From an uncultured Desulfuromonadaceae bacterium (lineage in GTDB: Bacteria; SDB-A), in contig CAYNIW010000003.1 in NCBI GenBank assembly GCA_964397545.1, positions 134 to 64,133 on the forward strand: a stretch of DNA of 64,000 bases. The letters run 5' to 3'. The translations under genes and the position numbers were made by a program. Below are positions 16,435-25,916 of this stretch, one piece after another. The notes beneath the pieces were generated by a model. It was given only the letters and a program-made list of their open reading frames with translations. It searched no databases and was not told the DNA's origin. Position 1 is the stretch's first letter; each line of letters opens with the position of its first letter.

Positions 16435-19302
16435 TCATTGTATTTTTTCTATTTTCAATATTTTATCTCCTTCTTCTGTCTGAATAACAATAAAGTAAAC
16501 TCCCTGACCTTGAATATTCCTGCTGATTTCATAGGAATACTTTCCGGGGCCTAAATAACCTCTATATATCTCAGAAACGATTCTTCCAGATATGTCAAAC
16601 ACCCTCAGTGAGACATCTCCGGGTCTGGTCAGTGTGAAATAGACCCTGTTATTTTCTGTGAAAAAAGTTTTTTCAGCTCTGAAACTGAAGAAAACCGGTA
16701 AATCCTCTTCCAACTGAACTTCGACACCGGATGCGTTTTTCAATAAAACCTTTATTGCCCAGCAAATATTGTTGCCGTATCCTGACATATAACTCCAGTT
16801 AGGACCATTTTTGAAATTATCAGTCTGAAGAGGTATACACTGCGCTCCGAAAGTAGCGTGAAACGGATTTTCCCCAGTTCCATGAGTAAAACCAACTTCA
16901 AACCACATATCCTGAGATGAGTTCACTGAAACCGCTTCAGCATCGCTGTAAACCACATAGTTCCAGCCTGTATCACCGGATACATTAAAAGATTTAGAGA
17001 ATATTAACGGGCCAGGAATCGCCGGACTAGCTCCAGAATAAATATTCACGACAGCGTCATTTATAGTGTTTGTTCCTCCGTTGAGGTAAAAGTAAACCCT
17101 CTTGATTTTCCAACCCTGATAAATATTCAGTAGAGGCGGAGTGTATCTATGAGCCATTCCAAAATACGTATTTGGCGCATTTGAACCAAAAGAAACAGTC
17201 GAATCGTTTTCATCTGAGAAATATGTCAAAACAGCTGAAGTTATGGCTGTATCTATATATATAGTATCCTGATAGTAAAGATGATCTTTGGCATATACTG
17301 TCAAAAGAAAAGGTTCCTGTGTGTTTGCACTGTATTCGACAGCGGCTTTGCCCATAGAACCTGTTTTGCCTCTGAACCAGAATAATGTGTCATAAGGTTT
17401 TGAAAGACAGCACATAGCACCGGAGACCGGCAGACCAGATGAAGTCACAGTTACATCAAGAATGCCAGATAAATTTTTCAGCGTATCTTCGTGACTTACA
17501 GTAAGAGCTGTCGGCTGTTTTGAATAGATCTGCGTCTCGGGATCTCCGAAAAGGTTGAATTCGTTTATACACCAGTGTTCGCAGTCCCCAAAACCCCATG
17601 TCCAATTCATGAGTTGATCTTTAGAGAGGGCGTGAGCTCTTCCAATATTCCTTATTTGGTTTAAAAAGACATTTTGCGCTACCCTTATACACATATATTC
17701 AGAAGGACCGAGATATGGCGGATAACCCCAGCCGTAACGCGCGTTGAACATGACAGCTATGGCTCCGCCCGCAGAAGCGTTAAAAATATACTCTCCAACG
17801 CATTCCCTTCCGTCAAACCATCCGGGTTCACATGCCATAGAACTTATGACAAAAAGGCTGTCCCCGTTTGTCAGGTTCTGCATGGTAGTATTGCTTATAA
17901 TATTCGGCCAGCTCTGATAATAATACCAGGAGATAGAGCTGGACGATCCGTGAGCGGCTATATATGACCAGTGAAATCCTCGACTCAGCGAGTCTGAGAA
18001 CCCCGGCGGATAGCTCGTAGTGTCAGTCTGATACATTTTTCTGTCAGTCCAATATGACGGAAGCATGTAATCTGCTATAGAATCACACGATGAGCTTCCA
18101 TAGTATGAATAGACCCAAGGCGGAGTTGAACTGAACCACAAACCCGCTCCTGCAAATAGCGACTTTTCGATGAATCCTGAAGGGGGATTTTTCTCATAGG
18201 CTAAAACTTTTGAAACCCAGTTCTGAACTTCAGAAACATTGTTTAAGGGTAATCTTCCCACATAGACATCTGAGTAAAAATCACAGCTGTCGACAATGTA
18301 TTCTCCGTAAATATTGTTGTTGTTGGCGTCCCAGTCCTTAGTATACGGGACTACGTCGGAAAAATACAGGTCTGAGGGCAAATTGTTTGAATACCCAGAT
18401 GTGCTGACCGGGACCATTCTCGCACCGAGATTGTCATAATCACCGGCTAAAACGAGATATACAAGCCCTCTGTTCTGATGACTATCCCGGACGAAATCTC
18501 TTATACTTTCCATGGCGTCATAAGCCGGGTAGTTTGATGTAATCCATGTTGTTGTGACGACTTTAGCGCCGACCCCCCTTGTGATTTTCCATCTTATCAG
18601 AGGTTCAAATGCCGCAGAAAGATTGGCCGGGCAAACGACGACATATTCGTATTCTGAGAAGGGAACCCTTTTTAAAAAGGGAGAAAATCTATCTATATCC
18701 GATCTATTTTCAATCATTAAAAGAATTTCTTCTCTAAAAATCTCCATCTGATTTTCCGTAAGATATACAGCTTCCTGAAGTCCTTCTTCGTAAATTACTT
18801 CGAGATCTGCACTCGTGATAATCTGCAAGTTTCCTGATATCGGATTATATCTAAAAGGGGTATAACTTACATCAGCTAAAATAAATCCTGATTTTGACCC
18901 CGTCCTGAAAAAAACCTCAGGATAATTGGGGTAATACATGTCGCTTTTATATATTTGCTCATCTCCGGACACGAACAAAGGATATTTAGATGTCGGAACG
19001 GGATTCTGAGCAGGCAATATATTGTATTTCCCAACGTCAGTCCATACTATATTTTTTAACTCTGCGTTAATTACCTCTGAAGTCGGCGGAATCAAAATTG
19101 TTTTTGATATACCCTGAAGAGCAGGATGCCCAGGAAAAGGAGACGGAGCTCCGTTGCTTAAAAATATTACGTCAAAATCACCTATTCTCTGGACGTTGAA
19201 ATCAGTTAAGGAATATCCGATGGGCACGATTAATGCCCCTGAGTAAATATACATCGTAAATACGATGCTTGCAGATAAAGCAAGAAAACATTTTTTCATC
19301 AT
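16435..19302 (-). CDS. Gingipain-like C25 cysteine peptidase with propeptide and T9SS/FlgD-type C-terminal domain
   Basis: Propeptide (PGHPALQGISKTILIPP), YLVLAGD, SDLYFSD, VYVGRLP, catalytic His in AAHG and Cys in MACEPG, NLFGDP; tail LRVFDISGRIV...GVYFIVI. Confidence 0.9.
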   Translation of the reverse strand: MMKKCFLALSASIVFTMYIYSGALIVPIGYSLTDFNVQRIGDFDVIFLSNGAPSPFPGHPALQGISKTILIPPTSEVINAELKNIVWTDVGKYNILPAQNPVPTSKYPLFVSGDEQIYKSDMYYPNYPEVFFRTGSKSGFILADVSYTPFRYNPISGNLQIITSADLEVIYEEGLQEAVYLTENQMEIFREEILLMIENRSDIDRFSPFLKRVPFSEYEYVVVCPANLSAAFEPLIRWKITRGVGAKVVTTTWITSNYPAYDAMESIRDFVRDSHQNRGLVYLVLAGDYDNLGARMVPVSTSGYSNNLPSDLYFSDVVPYTKDWDANNNNIYGEYIVDSCDFYSDVYVGRLPLNNVSEVQNWVSKVLAYEKNPPSGFIEKSLFAGAGLWFSSTPPWVYSYYGSSSCDSIADYMLPSYWTDRKMYQTDTTSYPPGFSDSLSRGFHWSYIAAHGSSSSISWYYYQSWPNIISNTTMQNLTNGDSLFVISSMACEPGWFDGRECVGEYIFNASAGGAIAVMFNARYGWGYPPYLGPSEYMCIRVAQNVFLNQIRNIGRAHALSKDQLMNWTWGFGDCEHWCINEFNLFGDPETQIYSKQPTALTVSHEDTLKNLSGILDVTVTSSGLPVSGAMCCLSKPYDTLFWFRGKTGSMGKAAVEYSANTQEPFLLTVYAKDHLYYQDTIYIDTAITSAVLTYFSDENDSTVSFGSNAPNTYFGMAHRYTPPLLNIYQGWKIKRVYFYLNGGTNTINDAVVNIYSGASPAIPGPLIFSKSFNVSGDTGWNYVVYSDAEAVSVNSSQDMWFEVGFTHGTGENPFHATFGAQCIPLQTDNFKNGPNWSYMSGYGNNICWAIKVLLKNASGVEVQLEEDLPVFFSFRAEKTFFTENNRVYFTLTRPGDVSLRVFDISGRIVSEIYRGYLGPGKYSYEISRNIQGQGVYFIVIQTEEGDKILKIEKIQ

Positions 19303-19358
19303 TCCCTCCGGTTATATTATATATATTGTAGTTACGGAGCACATAATATTAACATTTA

Positions 19359-20699
19359 TTAGCCTTCGTTGTCAAAATCATCATAATATGATTCTAAAAC
19401 AGGAAAGATCTTTGGGACGAGGAGATTGTTTTCATCTATGTAGTAAAAATTTGTCCATCCCTTTTTTATCTGATCAAAATTTCCTGAAAAATAATCTCTC
19501 ACTTCAAACTTTGATGAACTATCACCTATTTCTATCAGTTTTAGGCTCGATAAATAGTGCGCATAAAAAACCGGTAAACCCCTCAATTCACGATTTTCAT
19601 AAAAATCCACTCCTTGGACTGTCCTGACATAGTATGAATTTGGATGGTAATCGCCTAATATAATGTAAACAAAAGATATACACCAAGGATTTTTAAATTC
19701 TGTTATAGAGCCTTCCATGAAATCCATATATTCCATCATTATCTCTGTGCCTACATCAGGTATATCAGGATAAAAAGCATGATGTCTGAAATTGGCAGGG
19801 AGCGGCTCTAAATCACTGAAATTCCATATAATAGCGCCAGCATAACTTCTGTTGTAAAATTTTGACAAATTATCAGACTTATATCTTTCAGATATTTCCT
19901 TTAATGGATCAGAGGCTGTATATCCGTCCAAATATACTTCTGGCAGAGGCATAAGTGAGCCTATGAAAAATTTCAGCGCTCTCTTTACCTCTTCGTCTTC
20001 AAAGAGAACTGATATCCTGCCTTTTCGGATGTTGTTAGCCCATGAAGAACCCGTAAAAAGAGGATAACTCAATCTGAACATTTTGTTTTCGTAGTCGGAA
20101 GTCAAAAGGTATTCCTGCGAAAATTCAATAAATTTTGTTGATTTTTCGTCAAATTTGACCTTCCAAAAGGCTAAAAGAGCTTTGGCCTCGTAAGCAAAAT
20201 CCCGACTTTTTTCATCGATTTTATAAAACAGGGGTTCGCCTTCTTGTGGCTCATTTATATTTAATACTTCATAACACGCAGAAAACTCTTCCCAGCTCAT
20301 ATCCCTCATCATGGAGCTGTCCCAGACATCGTAGTAGAAAATATCCACAGGGCAGATCTTTCCATCGACCAGAACTTCGATTTTTAGACTATCTGCCCAA
20401 TAATTCGAAAGACCCACCGGATAAAAAGGAGTCCTCACTTCAAGAGGGAAATACATCAGGACTTCAGATTCATCTCCAAAATTATCAAAGACAAACACGC
20501 TGTTGACTTGAGCTTTGATAATCCCCGAGTCCTCGTATATACTTATAAATACCTCTTCGTAAGACATCTGTATTTCTATTGAGTCATTATCAATAAGGAC
20601 TGGCGAAGGTCCTGATGTGACAGAACGAAGATATCCGGCATCAGAGAAAAGTTGAGAACACAACAAAAAAAATAGAAAGACCAAAAATCCTTTTAGCAT
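19359..20699 (-). CDS. Exported hypothetical protein (N-terminus resembles DUF4424)
   Basis: Signal peptide followed by DAG...IEIQMSYEEVFI and YPLFTGSSWANNI; ATG at 20699 follows GGGGGG. Confidence 0.6.
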   Translation of the reverse strand: MLKGFLVFLFFLLCSQLFSDAGYLRSVTSGPSPVLIDNDSIEIQMSYEEVFISIYEDSGIIKAQVNSVFVFDNFGDESEVLMYFPLEVRTPFYPVGLSNYWADSLKIEVLVDGKICPVDIFYYDVWDSSMMRDMSWEEFSACYEVLNINEPQEGEPLFYKIDEKSRDFAYEAKALLAFWKVKFDEKSTKFIEFSQEYLLTSDYENKMFRLSYPLFTGSSWANNIRKGRISVLFEDEEVKRALKFFIGSLMPLPEVYLDGYTASDPLKEISERYKSDNLSKFYNRSYAGAIIWNFSDLEPLPANFRHHAFYPDIPDVGTEIMMEYMDFMEGSITEFKNPWCISFVYIILGDYHPNSYYVRTVQGVDFYENRELRGLPVFYAHYLSSLKLIEIGDSSSKFEVRDYFSGNFDQIKKGWTNFYYIDENNLLVPKIFPVLESYYDDFDNEG

Positions 20700-20745
20700 A
20701 AACACCCCCCTTGACTCACTGCCGGATTTTCTTTCTCGCCCCCTC

Positions 20746-21567
20746 TCAGAGGTTTATTTTGAAAAGTCCGGTCATAATCAGAATGGCCAATATGCCTCCC
20801 ATTATTATCCTGTAAAGAGCAAAATATTTCAACGACGTTCTCCGCAGTATTGCCATGAATAATTTGATAGAGACAAGAGCCACTATAAATGAAGTTATAA
20901 ATCCTATTGATAACAGTATCGCGTTGTCCGTTTTTAATAGTAGATCTTTCGATTTGTAAGCGTCGTAAAATGCGGCTCCCGTCATCACAGGCACTGCCGC
21001 CAGAAAAGAATATTCCGCGGCGGTTTTTCTGTCGAACTTCATGACGAGCCCGCCTGAAATCGTGCTCGCCGAACGGGACATTCCCGGGAAAAGCGCGATG
21101 ACTTGGAAAATACCTATTAATATGGCGTCTTTATATGTAAGTGAATCTATACCTGTCCTCTTTTTAGGGCAATATTTTTCTGCTATGGCCATCAGAATGC
21201 CCCCTATTACGAGAGCGAATGAAACTGAAAGCGGATTAAAAAGATAACTTTTCACCAAAGAATGCAGAAGGGCTCCGGCAATAACAGCAGGCAGAGAAGT
21301 GAGAAAAAGCGAGAAAATAGTTCTCCAGCCGTAAAAACCCGGCCTCCTGAAAGAGAATATTCCCTTAAACCTCTCTTTGTATAATACTACAACGGAGAGA
21401 ATCGCCCCGAACTGAATAATAACTTCAAATGCCTGAGCGAATTGCCTGTCCCTGAAAGGAAACAAAGACTCGACAATTATCAAATGCCCTGTTGAGGACA
21501 CCGGAATGAATTCCGTTAGTCCTTCGACGATACCGAGTATAAAAGATTTGGCAATTTCATAAATCAT
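20746..21567 (-). CDS. uppP: Undecaprenyl-diphosphate phosphatase
   Basis: GIVEGLTEFIPVSSTGHL, FEVIIQFGAIL, PGMSRSASTI, AAEYSFLAAVP; ATG at 21567 follows GGGGAG supplied by the IS end. Confidence 0.95.
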   Translation of the reverse strand: MIYEIAKSFILGIVEGLTEFIPVSSTGHLIIVESLFPFRDRQFAQAFEVIIQFGAILSVVVLYKERFKGIFSFRRPGFYGWRTIFSLFLTSLPAVIAGALLHSLVKSYLFNPLSVSFALVIGGILMAIAEKYCPKKRTGIDSLTYKDAILIGIFQVIALFPGMSRSASTISGGLVMKFDRKTAAEYSFLAAVPVMTGAAFYDAYKSKDLLLKTDNAILLSIGFITSFIVALVSIKLFMAILRRTSLKYFALYRIIMGGILAILIMTGLFKINL

Positions 21568-21801
21568 ATACTGCTCCCCGTCAATCAAGCGGGAATTTTG
21601 TTAGAAATAGCATAGAATATTTTTCATAACCTTCAGGGGTTTTCCATTTCAGTGATGATTGCAGAAAATCCGTATTGTAATTTTTAATCCATTTATCCAA
21701 AGCATTTTTTAACCGGTAGAAATTGTCCCAATAATGCGTCCAGGCAAATTCTTCTTTCAACATCCTGATAATCCGTAATTTCTTTTAAGGAGAGCAGTAT
21801 A
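21567..21801 (-). mobile_element. 235-bp internally deleted IS (IS3/IS481-like, MITE-type) with both terminal inverted repeats and a 4-bp target duplication
   Basis: Ends TATACTGCTCCCCGTCAATCAA (21567 onward) and, on the reverse strand, TATACTGCTCTCCTTAAAAGAA (21801 downward): first 10 nt identical, 17/22 overall. Flanked by ATCA at 21563-21566 and 21802-21805. Contains a transposase C-terminal fragment. Confidence 0.8.
21581..21775 (-). pseudogene. C-terminal fragment of an rve-type (IS3/IS481-like) transposase
   Basis: RIIRMLKEEF...LDKWIKNYNTDFLQSSLKWKTP resembles the consensus ERFxRTLKEE...WIxxYNxxRPHSSLGYxTP; the N-terminal ~85% is absent. Confidence 0.75.
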
Positions 21802-22035
21802 ATCATACTTACTCTTTATCAGATAAATAAAAAAAGATAAACCTGATTTAACCGTGTTGGAGAAACCAAATATTAGAAATACTTTTTTGTTAAATTAGAT
21901 CTAATAGGTTTAAGTTGATGAAAATCCAAAACCGATATAACATAATCGAAGATAAAAATATGGAGGACAATTGAACGGATCTGCAATGTTAAAACTGAAT
22001 CCTGGCCGGCTTAAAGCTTTAATTTCAGAAAAAAG

Positions 22036-22839
22036 ATGCTCGGCATCCTGATCTTATTGACATCAATGGCTCCGTTTACACAGGAATCTCTCGAAAATAT
22101 CATTTTTTCGGTCAACTCCAGAGAAATGAATACCGGTGATCGAATCGCCTATTACTCCGCTCTTTTCATCGGAACCCAATACGAACTCGGGCCTCTCGGA
22201 GAAGGCGGCGGCAATCCCCCCGACACCGACCCTCTTTACAATTTTGAGAAAGTTGACTGCGTCACATTTTGCGAACAGGTTATAGCTCTGTCCCTTACAA
22301 AAAAAGGTTTCGAAGATTTTCTGGACATTCTGACGCACATCAGATACAGGCAAGGTTTAATTTCCTTCGAAACAAGAAACCATTATTCATATCTCGACTG
22401 GATTCCCAACAACTCCTGGTTTTGCGATAACGTCACAGATAAATTCCATTCCCCGTGCACTTGTGTCAAAATTATTGACAGAGACAAATTCCTTTCAGAA
22501 CACGGGTTTTATACTGAAATAACCACTGTGCCTTCCATCGTGGAAATATTATACATCCCGCAGGATTACATGGTTGAAATAACTGATTTCCTTGAAAACG
22601 GCGATCTGATAATGATAGCTACTTCAAAACCCGGAATCGATATAGCACACTGGGGTTTTTACATCAAAGAGAATAATGCCTTCAGACACGCCTCCATGAG
22701 CCGCAGAGAAGTTACAGACCTCGACTGGGATTCTTTTGTCTCATATATTTTTTCCAAGAACGATTTTATAGGAATCTCTGTAGTTAGGATTTCGAAAAAT
22801 CCTTTTTTTTACTGGCGCGAAAATGGCTCTGCGTTTTGA
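22036..22839 (+). CDS. DUF1460 / N-acetylmuramoyl-L-alanine amidase-like (NlpC/P60 fold) protein
   Basis: FIGTQY, KVDCVTFCE (catalytic Cys), IRYRQG...RNHY, GIDIAHWG, FRHAS. Confidence 0.85.
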   Translation: MLGILILLTSMAPFTQESLENIIFSVNSREMNTGDRIAYYSALFIGTQYELGPLGEGGGNPPDTDPLYNFEKVDCVTFCEQVIALSLTKKGFEDFLDILTHIRYRQGLISFETRNHYSYLDWIPNNSWFCDNVTDKFHSPCTCVKIIDRDKFLSEHGFYTEITTVPSIVEILYIPQDYMVEITDFLENGDLIMIATSKPGIDIAHWGFYIKENNAFRHASMSRREVTDLDWDSFVSYIFSKNDFIGISVVRISKNPFFYWRENGSAF

Positions 22840-24052
22840 TATCTACATCCTGAGACAACACGCTGTCCCGTTTTTACTTTCTTTCTTCGTCTACACTTTT
22901 GTCCTTATAATGAACAGGCTTTTCGAACTCGTCGATCTGATTTTCGGCAAAGGTCTTGAACCTTCCACGGTCACCCTTATTTTCCTATACAGTTTGCCTT
23001 TTATAATCGCCATAACAGCACCCATGGCTTTCCTGACATCGGTCCTCGCCGTTTTCGGCAGAATGTCTGAGGATTTCGAAATAATCTCACTGAAAGCTCT
23101 CGGAATAAGCCCTCTTAGGATTCTTCCGCCTCTTGTTTTTTTTGCGGGTATATTTATCATTTTCATGGTCTATTTCAACAATCACATTCTCCCCGACACA
23201 AACCACAAAGTGAAAATGCTTCTTCTCGAAGTCGGTGAAAAAAGACCGGTCGCGGAACTTGCTCCGAGAAGTTTTATATCAAATTTTCCCGGATATATTC
23301 TCTACTCGAGAGCGATAGACAAATCATCAAACCCTGCTAAACTCGAAGACGTAATACTCTACAGAAAGAGCGACGACAATCTGACAGGATCTGAATTCAT
23401 AATTTCAAGAGAAGCCGGCATTTCCATAGACAGAGAGCAAAACCTGATAACTTTCACAATGTCAGGAGGTCAGCGTCACATTTTGGGACAGTTCGGAGCG
23501 TATTGGAACATGGATTTCGACACCCAGTATATTAATGTTTTTCTGCCCCCTGAAGCCCGCCCGGACACTTCTTACCGCGGGGACAGGGAATTATCCGCTC
23601 AGCAGATGTCCCAAAGGGTCCGGCTCTGGGAGAAAGATCTCGACTCGTTAAAAAGACTTAAAGACTCTGTCTCGTTATTTTCGGATTATCCCGATGAAGG
23701 CACGTTGATTTCTGCTGATATTCAGATGCAGGGAATAAAAAACGACATAGACAGATATTCAGTCGAAATTCACAAAAAATATTCTCTCCCGTTCGCGGCT
23801 CTGACATTCATTTTTCTCGGAGTTCCTCTTGGCATTTTAACAAGAAAAGGCGGCATGGGAGCGGCTTTCGGAATTGCAATTCTGATAACAACGGTTTACT
23901 ATATATTCATAGTCAGCGGAGAAACCCTTTCAGATAGAGGATTCCTCAATCCTGCCGTGGCTATGTGGTCGGCGAATTTTTTCTTTCTCGCGCTTGGACT
24001 TTTTCTCTACCACGGATTTTTCTTTGACTCTATTCACTTTTGGAAAAGATGA
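22823..24052 (+). CDS. lptF: LptF/LptG family LPS export permease (LptF)
   Basis: GRMSEDFEIISLKALGISP, EIHKKYSLPFA, LGVPLG, AMWSAN; 3+3 TM helices around a periplasmic domain. Confidence 0.85.
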   Translation: MALRFDIYILRQHAVPFLLSFFVYTFVLIMNRLFELVDLIFGKGLEPSTVTLIFLYSLPFIIAITAPMAFLTSVLAVFGRMSEDFEIISLKALGISPLRILPPLVFFAGIFIIFMVYFNNHILPDTNHKVKMLLLEVGEKRPVAELAPRSFISNFPGYILYSRAIDKSSNPAKLEDVILYRKSDDNLTGSEFIISREAGISIDREQNLITFTMSGGQRHILGQFGAYWNMDFDTQYINVFLPPEARPDTSYRGDRELSAQQMSQRVRLWEKDLDSLKRLKDSVSLFSDYPDEGTLISADIQMQGIKNDIDRYSVEIHKKYSLPFAALTFIFLGVPLGILTRKGGMGAAFGIAILITTVYYIFIVSGETLSDRGFLNPAVAMWSANFFFLALGLFLYHGFFFDSIHFWKR

Positions 24053-25155
24053 AAATAATCGATTATTACATATTAACTAAATACTTAAGATTTGTTTTGA
24101 TGGGTGTTTTAGGCTTTGTGTTTATATATATAACCGTCGATCTTATTGATCACATAAGCATATTCCTCGACAGAAGCGTTCCGGCAATGACAATTTTCAA
24201 ATATTACTATTTTCAAATACCCTCTTTGCTGGTATTGCTTACTCCAGTTGCGGTCCTGCTTTCATGTTTTTTCACTCTTGGCAAACTCTCCAAAAATTTC
24301 GAAATAATCGCAATGCAGGCAGTTGGAATTAGTTCATACAGAATTATGCTGCCGGTTATAATATCCGCTTTTTTCATTTTTTTAGTGCTTTTCTACTTAA
24401 ACGAGTATTTTGTCCCGCAATACGCGAAGAAATTCATTTTCACTAAAGAAGTCGAAGTTTACCGATCTCAGCCTCCATGGTTTACCCAAACAAGCGATTA
24501 TTCTTTCAGAGGCCGGGAAGACGATTACTATTTCGCGAAAATTTTTGACCCCGGAAACAACTACATGGAATCTCCGTCAATAATAATAATAGACGGCGCA
24601 TGGAAAGTGAAAAAGAAAATCGATTCCGAAAAAGCCGTTTGGAACGGTGAATACTGGATTTTTCAGAACTGTTACGTCAGAGAATTCGACATCTCTAAAG
24701 ATCTCGGAGAACCTTCATACGAAAATTGTTTTTTCTCGGAAGAAACGACATTTTCCGGTATCGCAACTCTCGATGAGATGATAGTCAGGCAGGTAAGACA
24801 GGATGAAATGTCCATCCGAGAATTAAGACATTACCTTTCAAGAGCGGTGTCTTCGGGAGCGAGACCTGAAATAGTCAGAAAAATAATCGTCGATATGCAT
24901 AAAAGAGCCTCATATCCCGCCGCCGCTTTTGTCATATCGCTTCTTGGAGCTCCACTGGCGCTGGACAGGAGAAGATCGAGCATAGGCGTGGGTTTCGGCC
25001 TTAGCCTTCTTCTATCATTCGTATATTGGGGTATTCTTCAGATAGGAATTTCCATGGGATACGCCGGGACTTTGCCCCCTTTTGTAGCTTCATGGGGAGC
25101 CAATATAGCTTTCGCATCTTTCGGTTTCTGGATGTTCCTTAAAATTAGAAGATGA
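24049..25155 (+). CDS. lptG: LptF/LptG family LPS export permease (LptG)
   Basis: LSKNFEIIAMQAVGIS, HKRASYP, LPPFVASWGAN; ATGA overlap with the lptF stop. Confidence 0.85.
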   Translation: MKIIDYYILTKYLRFVLMGVLGFVFIYITVDLIDHISIFLDRSVPAMTIFKYYYFQIPSLLVLLTPVAVLLSCFFTLGKLSKNFEIIAMQAVGISSYRIMLPVIISAFFIFLVLFYLNEYFVPQYAKKFIFTKEVEVYRSQPPWFTQTSDYSFRGREDDYYFAKIFDPGNNYMESPSIIIIDGAWKVKKKIDSEKAVWNGEYWIFQNCYVREFDISKDLGEPSYENCFFSEETTFSGIATLDEMIVRQVRQDEMSIRELRHYLSRAVSSGARPEIVRKIIVDMHKRASYPAAAFVISLLGAPLALDRRRSSIGVGFGLSLLLSFVYWGILQIGISMGYAGTLPPFVASWGANIAFASFGFWMFLKIRR

Positions 25156-25916
25156 ACCTTCTCACTATATCCATAGTTCACTACGGAAAAGATAAACACA
25201 CATCGTCTCTCATAAACACGCTTTTATCCGAGACCGAACTTCCCGAAAACACTGAAATAGTCCTTGTCAAAAATTCGCCGATAGAAACGCCTTTCGACCG
25301 CAGGATAATTACGATTCAGGCCAAGGGAAATATCGGTTTCGGCAAAGGGCATAATCTCGCATTTAAAAAAACAAGAAGTTCTTTTTTTCTTGTCCTTAAT
25401 CCGGATGTCACCCCAGAAAAAAACTCAATATTATCTCTCTTGGAATTCATGAAAGACAATCCGTCAGCAGGTATTGCCGCTCCAAAACTTTTTCTCCCCG
25501 ACGGCTCAAGGCAGTTTTCAGTCAGGAGACATTACAGCATTTTCAGCCTTTTGTTCTCAAGATTCCCAGTGAAAGAAAGGCATAAAAGGCTTTTCTACTC
25601 AGGCCACCTCATGTCGGAAATTGATGATTCAAAGCCCGTCCAAGTCGACTGGGCAGCGGGTGCATCGTTGATGATAAGAAGCGACTTGGCCCGAAAAAGA
25701 GGTTTCGTATTCGACCCGAGATTTTTCCTTTATTTCGAAGACGTGGACCTATGTATTTATTGCAAAAGAACCGGCAAATCCGTATATTACGTTCCTGAAA
25801 GCGTAATGAGTCACTGTCACATGAGAGAAAGCGCCGCTGTTTTCTCGAGAGCCGCGACTATACATGTATCGAGCGCCTTGAAATTCATCCTCAAATACTG
25901 GGGGTTTCCGAAATGA
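25152..25916 (+). CDS. Glycosyltransferase family 2 (rhamnosyltransferase-like)
   Basis: NIGFGKGHN, LVLNPD, WAAGASLMIR, FDPRFFLYFEDVDLC. Confidence 0.85.
   Translation: MNLLTISIVHYGKDKHTSSLINTLLSETELPENTEIVLVKNSPIETPFDRRIITIQAKGNIGFGKGHNLAFKKTRSSFFLVLNPDVTPEKNSILSLLEFMKDNPSAGIAAPKLFLPDGSRQFSVRRHYSIFSLLFSRFPVKERHKRLFYSGHLMSEIDDSKPVQVDWAAGASLMIRSDLARKRGFVFDPRFFLYFEDVDLCIYCKRTGKSVYYVPESVMSHCHMRESAAVFSRAATIHVSSALKFILKYWGFPK

Noticed and set aside
21868-21945. dif/Xer-like half-sites (TTTTGTTAAAT at 21885-21895; ATATAACATAA at 21935-21945)
   Set aside because: Each has a mismatch and neither is paired with a credible XerC arm at 6-bp spacing; expected by chance in AT-rich DNA.
21971-22051. GGAGGA-led 26-aa ORF (TTG start) overlapping the DUF1460 start, as a programmed frameshift extension
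   Set aside because: The A-AAA-AAG heptamer lies in the downstream gene's own frame, not the frame needed to join the two, and the peptide has no recognisable features.
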